A stretch of DNA of 64,000 nucleotides from NCBI GenBank assembly GCA_965205655.1, contig CBDBIJ010000091.1, positions 1-64,000 of the forward strand. The letters run 5' to 3'. The notes below the pieces were generated by a model. It worked only from the letters and a program-made list of their open reading frames with translations, was not told the DNA's origin and made no database searches. A program made the position numbers and the translations under genes. The DNA is from Candidatus Latescibacterota bacterium (GTDB lineage: Bacteria; Latescibacterota; UBA2968; UBA8231). Positions within the stretch are counted from its first letter, which is position 1, and each line of letters begins with the position of its first letter. Positions 28,702 through 38,117 of the stretch are shown piece by piece.

Positions 28702-30393
28702 TCAGCCGCCTCTCCCGGCCGGATCGCCATCGGAAAGGAAGGCTTGCAGGTGGTCCTCGTAGATGGTGACCCGATCTTCGTATCTCTCGGTGAGCTGTCC
28801 GAGAAACTCGTCGAACCTTTGCCTGGAGAGCTCCTGGCGCAGTTCCTTCGCCGCCCGGAACCTCGCCTTCTCAAAGGGCAGATGATAGCCCGGCCTCCTG
28901 CCGAGAACCCGAAAAACGGAGTAGCCTCGATAGGTCTTGACCGGCCCGACGAGCTCACCCACTTCGGCGTCTGCCGCTTCGTAGCCGAGTCGTTCGTAGG
29001 TGTGGCGCTTCACCAGGCGCACACGCCCACCGGCGCGGCGAACGTTGGGGCTGCGGATGGAATGCCGCCTCGCCAGGTCGTCGAAATCCGCGCCGCCTTC
29101 GAGCAGGCTCCGGAGGGAATCGGACTCTGCCCGGGACTTCACCAACACCTCCTGGATGCTGACGTGGTCATCGATGACGTACTCGTCCCGGTTTTCCTCG
29201 AAATATCGCCGAATCTCGTCCTCGGACAGATTGATCCTCTCCTCGACCTCTACCTCCACGATGCGGTCCACGAGGGCTGCGCGCAGGGTCCTTTTCACTC
29301 CCTTTTCGACGTACTCCGTTTCGCGCAGACCGAGCTCATCGGCCCATCCCGTCAGCAGGCTCTTGTGAGCGAACAGGCGGCGGGCGTAGAGACGCAGATC
29401 CTCGACCGTCCTGATCTCCACCTGTTGGCCGCGTTCGCTGCGAATGGCCGACATGAACTGACCGATGGTCCAGCTCTCTCCCTCGGCACTCAGCAGAGGT
29501 TTGCGCCCCTCGTTTTTTCCGAGTTTCGGCTGCTCATCCCCGGCCTCGGTGAAGCGGGCGAAAAGCAGTTGCAGCGCCTCATTTCGTTCCCGCACCCCGG
29601 CGCGCTCGGCCAGATCCTCGAGAAACCTGGCCGTCGTCACAGCCCGATTCTGCTCACGCACCACCTGCTCGACCTCAACGGCGACGGAATCGAAGGGGAC
29701 GTGGCGCAGGTCGGTCACCATGAGCCAGGTGAACTCGCCTTTTCCCTCGGGGATCGGTCCGATAAGCTCTCCCACGACGGCTTTGAAAACCGCGCTCACC
29801 AATTTCGGCGACGAGAGGGACAGGCGGCTCATCCAGCCCATGTCTCCCCCTATCTGAGCCGTTTCACCGTCGTCGGACAGCTCCCGCGCGAGCTCGGCGA
29901 ACTCCTCGCCTGAGTCGACGCGAGCCTTCACTTCACGGGCGGTATCGGGATCACCCACGAGGATGCGGCGGAGGCGGCGCTGTTCACCAATGTGATAGCG
30001 GTCGTAAAAATACCGGGCCTCTTCTTTCGTCACCTCCGTCGACTCCTCGAGAATGCCGCGGCGATAGAGCTCCTCCACGAGCAGCTGACGCTCATGATCA
30101 TCCACTCTGGACGTCACCCTCCAATCGTGCTGGAGACCCCGCGCCCTGGCCGCGATGACGAACAGCTCGGTTTCGATCAAACGCTGAAGGGCGCGACGCT
30201 CCACGTCATCGGCGCGGGGGACGCCCTCGACGTAGAGCGTTTCCAACGCTTCTTCGACGCTTTCGACGGTCAACTCCCTCTCTCCGACTCTGGCGAGGAC
30301 CCGATTGTCGACGGGCTCGTCAAGCGGCGAATCGCAGCCCAGGAGAGCAGTTGCGAGTACGGGAATGCAGGCGAAAACGCGCGGAAGGTGCAC
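28702..30393 (-). CDS. Peptidyl-prolyl cis-trans isomerase lipoprotein with two parvulin domains
   Basis: Lipobox LLGC; GEEFAELARELSDD...GGDMGW; GADFDDLARRHS...GG; GPVKTYRGYSVFRV. Confidence 0.9.
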   Translation of the reverse strand: MHLPRVFACIPVLATALLGCDSPLDEPVDNRVLARVGERELTVESVEEALETLYVEGVPRADDVERRALQRLIETELFVIAARARGLQHDWRVTSRVDDHERQLLVEELYRRGILEESTEVTKEEARYFYDRYHIGEQRRLRRILVGDPDTAREVKARVDSGEEFAELARELSDDGETAQIGGDMGWMSRLSLSSPKLVSAVFKAVVGELIGPIPEGKGEFTWLMVTDLRHVPFDSVAVEVEQVVREQNRAVTTARFLEDLAERAGVRERNEALQLLFARFTEAGDEQPKLGKNEGRKPLLSAEGESWTIGQFMSAIRSERGQQVEIRTVEDLRLYARRLFAHKSLLTGWADELGLRETEYVEKGVKRTLRAALVDRIVEVEVEERINLSEDEIRRYFEENRDEYVIDDHVSIQEVLVKSRAESDSLRSLLEGGADFDDLARRHSIRSPNVRRAGGRVRLVKRHTYERLGYEAADAEVGELVGPVKTYRGYSVFRVLGRRPGYHLPFEKARFRAAKELRQELSRQRFDEFLGQLTERYEDRVTIYEDHLQAFLSDGDPAGRGG

Positions 30394-30589
30394 GGAAAAT
30401 GCTCCGAAAAGAGGTTTGCAGAAGTATAACGCGGCGAAACGGAGCGGACCACAGCCGTGGCTCGCAATGTCTCAATCGGGGGTTTCTCTGTAGATTTTTG
30501 AAGGTGCGTAGACGTCGTGTGCGCCAGCTGCTGCGCACAAGAACGTCGCCGAGGGGCGCTCGAGGAGAGGAAAAGGGAAAGGTGAGAGA

Positions 30590-32245
30590 ATGAAGCTCGA
30601 GGCGCGGTTACTCCCGCTGGCCGTCGTCGCCTCCGTGGCCGGTTCTGCGGGAGCGGTGCCGCATTTCACCGATGTCACCGAAGACGCCGGAATCGATTTC
30701 CTGCACGCAAACGGGGCGAGCGGTCGAAAGTACGTGATCGAGACCGTCGGCCCCGGCGTCGGCTTCCTCGATGTCGACGGCGACGGCAACCTCGACATCT
30801 ACTTGATCAACGGTGCCGAGGTACCCGGTACGGTGCTGGCCGAAAAGCCGACGAACGTCATTTACCTAAATGAGGATGGCGTTCGCTTTCGCGACGTGAC
30901 CGCGGCCACGGGCGCCGGCGACACAGGGTACGGCCTGGGATGCGCGGCCGCCGACATCGACAACGACGGCGATGAAGATCTCTACGTGACCAATTTCGGA
31001 CCGAACGTCCTCTATCGAAACGACGGCGACTGGCCGGGCGGTCGCTTCACCGACATCACGGCCACGGCCGGCGTGGCGGCCGGGCTGTTCAGCAGCAGCA
31101 GCGCCTTTGCGGACGTCGACGGCGACGGATCGGTCGACCTGTTCGTCGCCAACTACAACGACTTTTCCTACGAGAACCACGTGATTTGCCGCGCCGCCGG
31201 CAGCGATCTGCAGCTCTACTGCGGACCGGAGGCCTATGTGGGCGTTCGCGACATCCTCTACCACAACAGCGGAGACGGCAGTTTCGAAGACGTGACCGAG
31301 TCGGCGGGGCTCATCAATGCGACGGGCAAGGAGCTTGGGGTCGTCTTCGGGGATGTAGATGGCGACGGAGATCCGGATCTGTACCTGGCGAACGATAAGA
31401 TGCTGAATTTCCTCTACCTCAACGACGGCAGCGGCCGATTCGAGGAGGTCGGCTATTTCGCCGGTGTCGCTCTCAACGAAGACGGCGAATTCGAGGCGGG
31501 AATGGGTGTGGATATGGGGGATGTGGACAACGACGGCAGGCCAGATTTGTTCGTTACAAACTTCCAATGGGAGACGAATACCCTCTATCGAAATATGGGA
31601 GACGGCACCTTCGTCGACGACACGTTCAGTTCTGGTCTGGGTCTGGGCAGCATTCCATATTTGAGCTGGGGAACCCGTTTCGTCGATTTCGACAACGACG
31701 GGGATCGCGATATCTTCATCGCCAACGGCCACCTCGAAAGCGATGTGGCGTTGATCCAGAGCACGACATTCCCGCAACGCAATCAGCTGTTCCTCAACGA
31801 CGGTACGGGCAGCTTCCGGGAACATAAGGACGTGGCGGGCAGCGCTCTGGCAATCAAAAAGGTGAGCCGCGGCGCCGCCTTTGGCGACTATGACAACGAC
31901 GGCGATATGGACATTTTGGTGGGCAACTGCGGGGGCACGACGACGCTGATGCGAAACGATGGGGGCAACGAAAACAACTGGCTCCGGCTTCGCCTGGAGG
32001 GGACGGTCAGCAATCGCGCCGCCATCGGCACTCGAGTAGAGCTCGTCAGCGGCGATCTCGTTCAGGTAGACGAGGTGCGCAGCGGTGCGAGCTACCTGTC
32101 CCAGAGTGACCTGCGGCTGTTTTTCGGTCTGGGCTCCCGGGACCGGGTCGACCGGCTCACGGTGATGTGGCCCGGCGGTGCGTCGGATGTCCACGAGGGT
32201 CTGTCGGTCAACAGGGAAATCATCTTGACCGAGGCGAATCCGTGA
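30590..32245 (+). CDS. CRTAC1/ASPIC-UnbV family FG-GAP protein
   Basis: Signal peptide, FTDVTEDAGI, DxDxDGxxDL repeats, SNRAAIGTRV...YLSQSDLRLFFGLG. Confidence 0.93.
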   Translation: MKLEARLLPLAVVASVAGSAGAVPHFTDVTEDAGIDFLHANGASGRKYVIETVGPGVGFLDVDGDGNLDIYLINGAEVPGTVLAEKPTNVIYLNEDGVRFRDVTAATGAGDTGYGLGCAAADIDNDGDEDLYVTNFGPNVLYRNDGDWPGGRFTDITATAGVAAGLFSSSSAFADVDGDGSVDLFVANYNDFSYENHVICRAAGSDLQLYCGPEAYVGVRDILYHNSGDGSFEDVTESAGLINATGKELGVVFGDVDGDGDPDLYLANDKMLNFLYLNDGSGRFEEVGYFAGVALNEDGEFEAGMGVDMGDVDNDGRPDLFVTNFQWETNTLYRNMGDGTFVDDTFSSGLGLGSIPYLSWGTRFVDFDNDGDRDIFIANGHLESDVALIQSTTFPQRNQLFLNDGTGSFREHKDVAGSALAIKKVSRGAAFGDYDNDGDMDILVGNCGGTTTLMRNDGGNENNWLRLRLEGTVSNRAAIGTRVELVSGDLVQVDEVRSGASYLSQSDLRLFFGLGSRDRVDRLTVMWPGGASDVHEGLSVNREIILTEANP

Positions 32246-33696
32246 GCGGGACTTCAGCCTTCCTCATCGCCCTCGCCTGCTGGAGCGTATGGTCGTGCGG
32301 GGGTAGTGCAGACCGTGCGGAGCGAACGGCGAGGAGAGAATCCGATGCAGCACTGGTGGAGGAGGCATCACCATCGGCTGCCGAGGCCTCTTTCGAGCTC
32401 GGGGTGAGGCTGGCTCGGGAAGGACGCTACAAGGAGGCGGCCGAAGCCTATCTCAAAGCCCTCGAGGCGGCTCCCGACGACACGAGTACGCTCTACAATC
32501 TCGGCAACGCCTACGTGAATCTGTCCGAGTACCCGAAGGCCATCGAGGTCTACCAGAAGGTACTCGAGCTGGATTCCACCCACGTCTCAGCTCGTCACAA
32601 TCTGGCGGGCACCTACTGGAAGCAGCTCAACGCAGCTATGGCGATCGCCGAGTTCGAGAAAGTCCTGGTTCTCGACCCGGACCACGTAACGGCTCACTAC
32701 GATCTGGCCTATCTCTACTCGCACCGAGGAGACCACGAACGGGCAGGCACCTATATCGAGACCGGCCTCGAACGCGGGCCCGAGGACCCCGCGTTCTATC
32801 GACTCATCGGCCAGATGCGAACCAAGGAGCTCAAATACGACGAGGCTCGCGCTGCCTTTGAGCGAGCGCTGGAGCTCGACGGCACCCACGCGGCTACCTT
32901 TGCGGACATGGCGAAAGTTGAGCTCAAATCGAAACGCTACGAAGAGGCAATAGTGGCATGTGAGCGGAGCATCGAGCTGGATCCTTTCGCCAAGGAGCCG
33001 CATCTGATGCTCGTGAACGCCCTACGGCGGCTCGGCCGCACCGAGGAGAGCCAGAAAGCGTTCGAGGAGTTCCGCAGGGTGGAGGAGGACTTCAGAGTCA
33101 TACGGTCGAACTTGCGAGTCATCCAGAATGACCCCTACCATCACGCCGCGCGCGCCAACCTCGGGCTGCTCTATGGCCGCCACGGGCGGTTGAAGGAGGC
33201 CGCGGAGGCCTATCGCCTGGCGGCGCGCGCCGCGCCAGACAGCGCGCGCTACTTCAACGGTCTGGGCAGTGCCTATTTACGCCTCGAAGAGCACGGGTCA
33301 GCACTGGCTGCGTTTGACGAAGCGCTGCAGATCGATCCGGAGTTCGCCGACGCCTACTACAATACCGGATTGGTCCATCAGCGATTGCGCCAGTTCCCCG
33401 AGGCCAAAAAGGCCTTTCTGGCGGCGAAAAAGAGGGAGGACGGCGATCCGGACGTGAACTTCGCCCTGGGGCTGATCTACGGCAGGGAGGGCGACTACGA
33501 AAACGCCGCCCTGGCTCTCGAGCAGGTCGTTCGCAGCAGGCCGGAATTCCTCGACGCGCGTCACAAGCTGGCGGTTTCCTATCTGAAACTCCGTCGGGTC
33601 GAGGACAGCAAGCGACACCTCCGGATCTTCAAAGAGATGACGGAGCGGGGCGTGGCCGAGAAGGCCGAGGAAACAGAAAGCAGAAAGGCCACATGA
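32242..33696 (+). CDS. TPR repeat lipoprotein
   Basis: Continuous TPRs (YNLGNAY...AIEVYQKVLELD); lipobox-like VWSC. GTG start at 32242 overlaps the upstream TGA. Confidence 0.9.
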   Translation: MSGTSAFLIALACWSVWSCGGSADRAERTARRESDAALVEEASPSAAEASFELGVRLAREGRYKEAAEAYLKALEAAPDDTSTLYNLGNAYVNLSEYPKAIEVYQKVLELDSTHVSARHNLAGTYWKQLNAAMAIAEFEKVLVLDPDHVTAHYDLAYLYSHRGDHERAGTYIETGLERGPEDPAFYRLIGQMRTKELKYDEARAAFERALELDGTHAATFADMAKVELKSKRYEEAIVACERSIELDPFAKEPHLMLVNALRRLGRTEESQKAFEEFRRVEEDFRVIRSNLRVIQNDPYHHAARANLGLLYGRHGRLKEAAEAYRLAARAAPDSARYFNGLGSAYLRLEEHGSALAAFDEALQIDPEFADAYYNTGLVHQRLRQFPEAKKAFLAAKKREDGDPDVNFALGLIYGREGDYENAALALEQVVRSRPEFLDARHKLAVSYLKLRRVEDSKRHLRIFKEMTERGVAEKAEETESRKAT

Positions 33697-35234
33697 CGAG
33701 ACGGGTTCTTAGCCTCGCCGGCCTCGTGCTGACAGTTGTCGCCGGCTGCAGCACGGGCGAAGTGGAGGCGCCGCCAGCTAGCGGAGCGGTCCCGGCCAGC
33801 GAAGCCCGCAAGGAAGAGAGCCAGGTCGTGGCGCAGGTGAATGACGCCGTCATTACGCTCTCCGATTTCCGACGATCCTTGGCGCGAGCGCCCGGAGGAC
33901 GCGCAGAGCTCTCCCCGCAGCGGTACCTGCAGGCCCTCATCGACGAGGAATTGCTCGTCCAGGAAGCCGAGCGCCGCCGCCTGGGCCAAGCCACCGATCT
34001 CGAGCAGTCGCTTCACAGGGAGACGCGGCTGCTGGCTCTGCGGGAGTTGTATAGCCGTGAAGGCATCTCGCTGGACCCGCCCACGGATGAGGAAATGCGG
34101 GCGTATTTCGAGTCGAGTCCATACAGGCAGCGGGTCCGCTTCAGCGCCCTGATGGTCAGCAGCGCCGAGCAGATTCCGGCGATTCTGGAAGAGCTCGAGA
34201 GCGGAGCCGAATTCGAGGCTGTGTCGATGAAGTTTTCACAGGACAGTCGAATCCTCGCCCGAAATGCCGATATGGGGTTCCACCGGTGGGCAACGACGAG
34301 CCCGGCGTACCGACCAGTGGCGGACATGGCCTTCTCCACTGCCCCCGGCGAGATCGGCGGACCGCTCGAGGCGGCTGATGGGCATTTCCTCATCAAGGTT
34401 ACGGAGGTGCGGCCCGTCAGTTTCGAGGTCGAGCGCGACGCCATCGAAAGGCTGATGGTCGAGGAGCGACTGGCCCGCCCCCTGGCGGACTACTACGACA
34501 GGCTGCGACAGGAATACGACCTGCAGATCGATGAAGACGGGCTGGCCGCCCTGGCGGCAGAGCTCGTGGACCCGTCAGCGTCGAGTCAGCACCACGGGCA
34601 CCACGGGGGCGGGCATAGCAGCGGTCATCACGAGGGACATGTGCAGATGTCGATGACGGCTTCAGACGACGACGACCCCTCCGCAATCGTGGTGACATTT
34701 CGCGGCGACAGTCTGAGCTTGGCCCAGTGCCGCACTCTGCTCAGAAAATCCCGAAAAGGGGCCTATCCGACAATCGAGGCACTTCGGAATCATCTGACGC
34801 AGGTCGCTAGTCGCGAGGCGCTCGCCGTTCACGAGATTCTGCGCCTGGAGCTGCTCCAAACGGCGAATGTGCAGGACGGCCTCGCCCGAGCGCGCAGGAG
34901 ACTCCTGTTGCGTCGAATGCGAGAGAAGTTGACGGCCGATGCCGCCCCCGCCGACGAAAACAAGGAGCAGCTCTATTACGAGATCCACCGGGAGCGATAT
35001 CTCGTGTCTGGAGAGGAGCCGGGTCTCGAGGCGGTCCTTGAGCGGGTGAGGGCGGACTACCTGCGAGACATGCGGGAGAAGCTGTTTCAGCTGGCCCTGG
35101 GCCGCCTGAGGAAACGTTACGAAAACGGCATCGTCGTGTACGACGACCTCCTTCAACAGGGGGCTGATCTCTGGCGCCAGGAGACCGACGATGAGCGTGG
35201 TGTTCCCTTTGACCAGCTGGGGTCAGATAAGTAG
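33693..35234 (+). CDS. Parvulin-type PPIase/foldase lipoprotein with a His-rich insert
   Basis: Lipobox VAGC; LQALIDEELLVQEAERR; GAEFEAVSMKFSQD...DMGF; GPLEAADGHFLIKV. Confidence 0.88.
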   Translation: MTRRVLSLAGLVLTVVAGCSTGEVEAPPASGAVPASEARKEESQVVAQVNDAVITLSDFRRSLARAPGGRAELSPQRYLQALIDEELLVQEAERRRLGQATDLEQSLHRETRLLALRELYSREGISLDPPTDEEMRAYFESSPYRQRVRFSALMVSSAEQIPAILEELESGAEFEAVSMKFSQDSRILARNADMGFHRWATTSPAYRPVADMAFSTAPGEIGGPLEAADGHFLIKVTEVRPVSFEVERDAIERLMVEERLARPLADYYDRLRQEYDLQIDEDGLAALAAELVDPSASSQHHGHHGGGHSSGHHEGHVQMSMTASDDDDPSAIVVTFRGDSLSLAQCRTLLRKSRKGAYPTIEALRNHLTQVASREALAVHEILRLELLQTANVQDGLARARRRLLLRRMREKLTADAAPADENKEQLYYEIHRERYLVSGEEPGLEAVLERVRADYLRDMREKLFQLALGRLRKRYENGIVVYDDLLQQGADLWRQETDDERGVPFDQLGSDK

Positions 35235-35283
35235 GTTGCGGAGCAGGGGAAGTAGACCTCAGTCCACGGCAAAGGAGCGGCTT

Positions 35284-37737
35284 GTGAAAGCTCTGATGAA
35301 ATGTTGGATTCTCGTCGGTTTTGCCGCCACCGTCGGGGCGGACGAGTTGCGCTTTGATGCAAAGCGTGACTGGGAGAAGTGGCGGCTTCCCCTCGGCGCG
35401 GTGGAACTGGAGCTGAACGGGACCATACGGCCGGTTTCGGTGCAAAAGAACATCAATGCCGTGCTGAATGCCCCGGCTTTCGAGGGGGGCATTCGCGAGG
35501 CCGGCTCCAACGAGAGCGCCGCTCGATTCGTCATGGACGGGAGGGAGGACACCGGATGGGCGCCGGACCCCGAGGATTCACCCCAGGACTGGTATATCGA
35601 GGTCGACCTGGGCCGCGTCGTCAGCGCCACGGCGATAACATTCGTGTTCGATGAGGCGGCGGAGCCCTTCGAGCTATTCAACGTGCTGCTGTCGGGCGGC
35701 GAGCCCCTGCAGGCGAGCGGCAATATTGCGATCGAGGGCACCCTCGTCTACAAGATCAAGGATATCATCAGGCAGAACAAGCAACACCGAGTGACCTACG
35801 CTCCCGGCGAGGTGCTCGAGTACACGGCGATCCAGGCGGTGCGCATCGAGGTTCTCGACTTCGAGCCCGGTGGCAGGCTGATGGAGGTGGAAGTCAACGC
35901 CATCGGGCACAATGTGGCTCTGCACATGGTGCCGAACAACGGCAGCGCCCAGATGATCCTCGATCCCGATGTGACAAAGGAGGAAATAGCGGTTGCCAAC
36001 GTGCTGCCGCTGGTGGATGGGGCGGTGTTCACCCGCTTTCTCGACAAGCGCGAAGCGAAATATTCGTATGACACGTGGTGGGATTTTACGGTCGATCTGG
36101 GCGCGACTTACTGGCTGGACCAGGTGAGGATGTACGGCTGGACGGCGCTGCGGCCGAACCACACCGGTAGATATTCGGTCAGAGATAGAGAGGGGAACCT
36201 CATTCTCGTAGGCGACGGCACCACGACCCAGGTCACCAGGGCATTCAACATCGGGTCACAGGAGCTCCGCAACACCATCGATGCCCTGGGGCGTCGCGAT
36301 TTTACCCTGAAATTCTATGAAGTGCTCACCTCCGACGGGTCCCTGGCTCCGGATGGCAGTTTCTTATGGACGAAGCACTTCTCCGGTCGAACGACCCTTC
36401 GAGACCAGCGATTGGGAGTCGCCGACCATCACTTCGATCTGACGCAGGCGCGCCTGTTCCGGATCCGCTGGCTCGCTTGGGACGCGGCTTGCAGCGATAG
36501 ATTCAGATTCCTGGCAGCGGGGGCTCAGGGCAATGCGCAGGGCGGCCCAGAGTGCTACGGGCACGGCACGGCGGATGAGTACCAGGTTTTCGGGGAGGGT
36601 CTTCCCGCGGATGTGGAGATCACGTCCGGACCGATCGAGCTGGGCGGAGACAAGAATCTTATGAGCGTGAGCTGGGAGGCGGAGACACCGCCGGGCACGC
36701 GAGTGGAGATCAGGAGCCGCACCGGGAATCAGATCCGCGTTGACACGAGCGGGTGGTTCGACAACAAGGGAGGCCCGGTCAGCGAGAGGAGATGGAACAG
36801 TCTGAGGAAGCAGAATCGGGCAGGTGACGTGACGGAGATACGCAACGCCGGCGACGACTGGAGCCCGTGGAGCAACATCTACGCCTCTTCCGGCCAGCCC
36901 TTCCAGTCACCCTCGCCGCGCCGAAAGATGGAGCTCAGCGCCCGTCTGGTGAGTGAATCGCCGCAGACTGCGGCCAGTCTGGACTGGATCGCGGTGGAGT
37001 TCTCGGCGCCCATCGCCGACAGCGCCTTCGGGGAGATCGTCCCGACTCAGGTGGAACCGGGCGAGCTGACCGAGTTTTCGTACTACGTCCGCCCCATGGG
37101 ACAGACTCGAGACCTCGACCAGGTAACTGTAGCCGCGCCGGTGCCGATTAAATTCATGGGCGCGTCTATCGGCGGTGAAGCAATGGAGGTGGGGGAACCG
37201 GAAAGTCTCGCCGACGGTTTCCAGATCACTTTTCCCCAGACGGTCCGACGGAATCAGGTCGTCGAGGTGCGTTTCGAATCCTCTGTGTTCGTCCAGGGTA
37301 CGCGGTTCGAGGCGTTTCTGGGCGACAGCAGTCGCGAGACGGTCAGACAGCGGGTGGATCCCGGTGACGCCAACAGAGTAGTCGATAGCAGCACGAATGT
37401 CGTCAGACTGCCAGTCACTGGCGACCTCATTTCGGACTTGCTCGTCGAGCCGCAGGTCCTCACTCCGAACGGCGACGGAATCAACGACGAGCTCGAGCTC
37501 ACCTTCTTCGTGGCGAATGTGCTGAGTCCGCGCTCGATGCGCTTGCGGGTGTTCGACCTGTCCGGGCGCCTCGTTCACGAAGAGGACAGAGACGCGCTAG
37601 CCGGCCAGCAGACATTCGTCTGGGACGGCAGCGGCGGCGGCGCGGTGGTGGCGCCCGGTGTGTACCTGCTGGAGCTCCGCATGGCCGGCGATGCCCGCGA
37701 CGACGAGTTGCACCGACTCATCCCAGTGGCGTACTGA
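35284..37737 (+). CDS. Secreted double-discoidin-like/Ig protein with FlgD-Ig/CHU_C-type C-terminal domain (copy 1)
   Basis: GTG 35284 after RBS aaggag; MDGREDTGW...EVDLG; WSPWSNIY; GEIVP; LTPNGDGINDE...WDG...PGVYLL...IPVAY. Confidence 0.87.
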   Translation: MKALMKCWILVGFAATVGADELRFDAKRDWEKWRLPLGAVELELNGTIRPVSVQKNINAVLNAPAFEGGIREAGSNESAARFVMDGREDTGWAPDPEDSPQDWYIEVDLGRVVSATAITFVFDEAAEPFELFNVLLSGGEPLQASGNIAIEGTLVYKIKDIIRQNKQHRVTYAPGEVLEYTAIQAVRIEVLDFEPGGRLMEVEVNAIGHNVALHMVPNNGSAQMILDPDVTKEEIAVANVLPLVDGAVFTRFLDKREAKYSYDTWWDFTVDLGATYWLDQVRMYGWTALRPNHTGRYSVRDREGNLILVGDGTTTQVTRAFNIGSQELRNTIDALGRRDFTLKFYEVLTSDGSLAPDGSFLWTKHFSGRTTLRDQRLGVADHHFDLTQARLFRIRWLAWDAACSDRFRFLAAGAQGNAQGGPECYGHGTADEYQVFGEGLPADVEITSGPIELGGDKNLMSVSWEAETPPGTRVEIRSRTGNQIRVDTSGWFDNKGGPVSERRWNSLRKQNRAGDVTEIRNAGDDWSPWSNIYASSGQPFQSPSPRRKMELSARLVSESPQTAASLDWIAVEFSAPIADSAFGEIVPTQVEPGELTEFSYYVRPMGQTRDLDQVTVAAPVPIKFMGASIGGEAMEVGEPESLADGFQITFPQTVRRNQVVEVRFESSVFVQGTRFEAFLGDSSRETVRQRVDPGDANRVVDSSTNVVRLPVTGDLISDLLVEPQVLTPNGDGINDELELTFFVANVLSPRSMRLRVFDLSGRLVHEEDRDALAGQQTFVWDGSGGGAVVAPGVYLLELRMAGDARDDELHRLIPVAY

Positions 37738-37852
37738 TCAGATCTCGCAACCCTCGATGCTCCGCCAGCGGGGCTGGTTCATCCCCCTTCCTCGTTCATC
37801 GTCAAATCAGCTCGACCGCAACTCTGACGGGTAATCGGGGTCGCAGTGTGAC

Positions 37853-38067
37853 ATGAGCGCCAAGCCGTCCTGGTCGGGGCCATCAGCATTCATTGTCTGC
37901 CCGTGGGCCATACTCGCGGTCAAAGGGCCCCTCGGTCGCCTGAGGAAACGTTACGAGAGCGGATCGTCGTGTACGACAACCGCCTACAACAGGCGGCAGA
38001 TTTAAGGCGCCAGGAGACCGCTGATGAGCCGGGTGCTCTCTTTGACCAGCTGGGGTCAAATAAGTAG
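37853..38067 (+). pseudogene. Chimeric duplication-junction remnant: decayed 5' end of the DUF6785-like gene joined to the decayed 3' end of the PPIase gene
   Basis: 37853-37929 matches 40680-40790 with a 40-bp deletion. 37931-38067 matches ~35097-35234 with a 1-bp deletion. Confidence 0.88.
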
Positions 38068-38117
38068 GTTGCAGAAAGGGGAAGTAGACCGGGCCCACTA
38101 TGCCGGAGGAGCGGACA

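Noticed and set aside
35191..35234. 'LTSWGQISR' in the +1 frame over the PPIase 3' end (also at 38042-38068), resembling the SWG tail
   Set aside because: It is not C-terminal in that frame and lacks the T[AS][VI] and K positions. The duplicated copy shows no indel at the upstream G run that would put it in frame with the PPIase. Treated as coincidence; the real start of the next gene is 35284.
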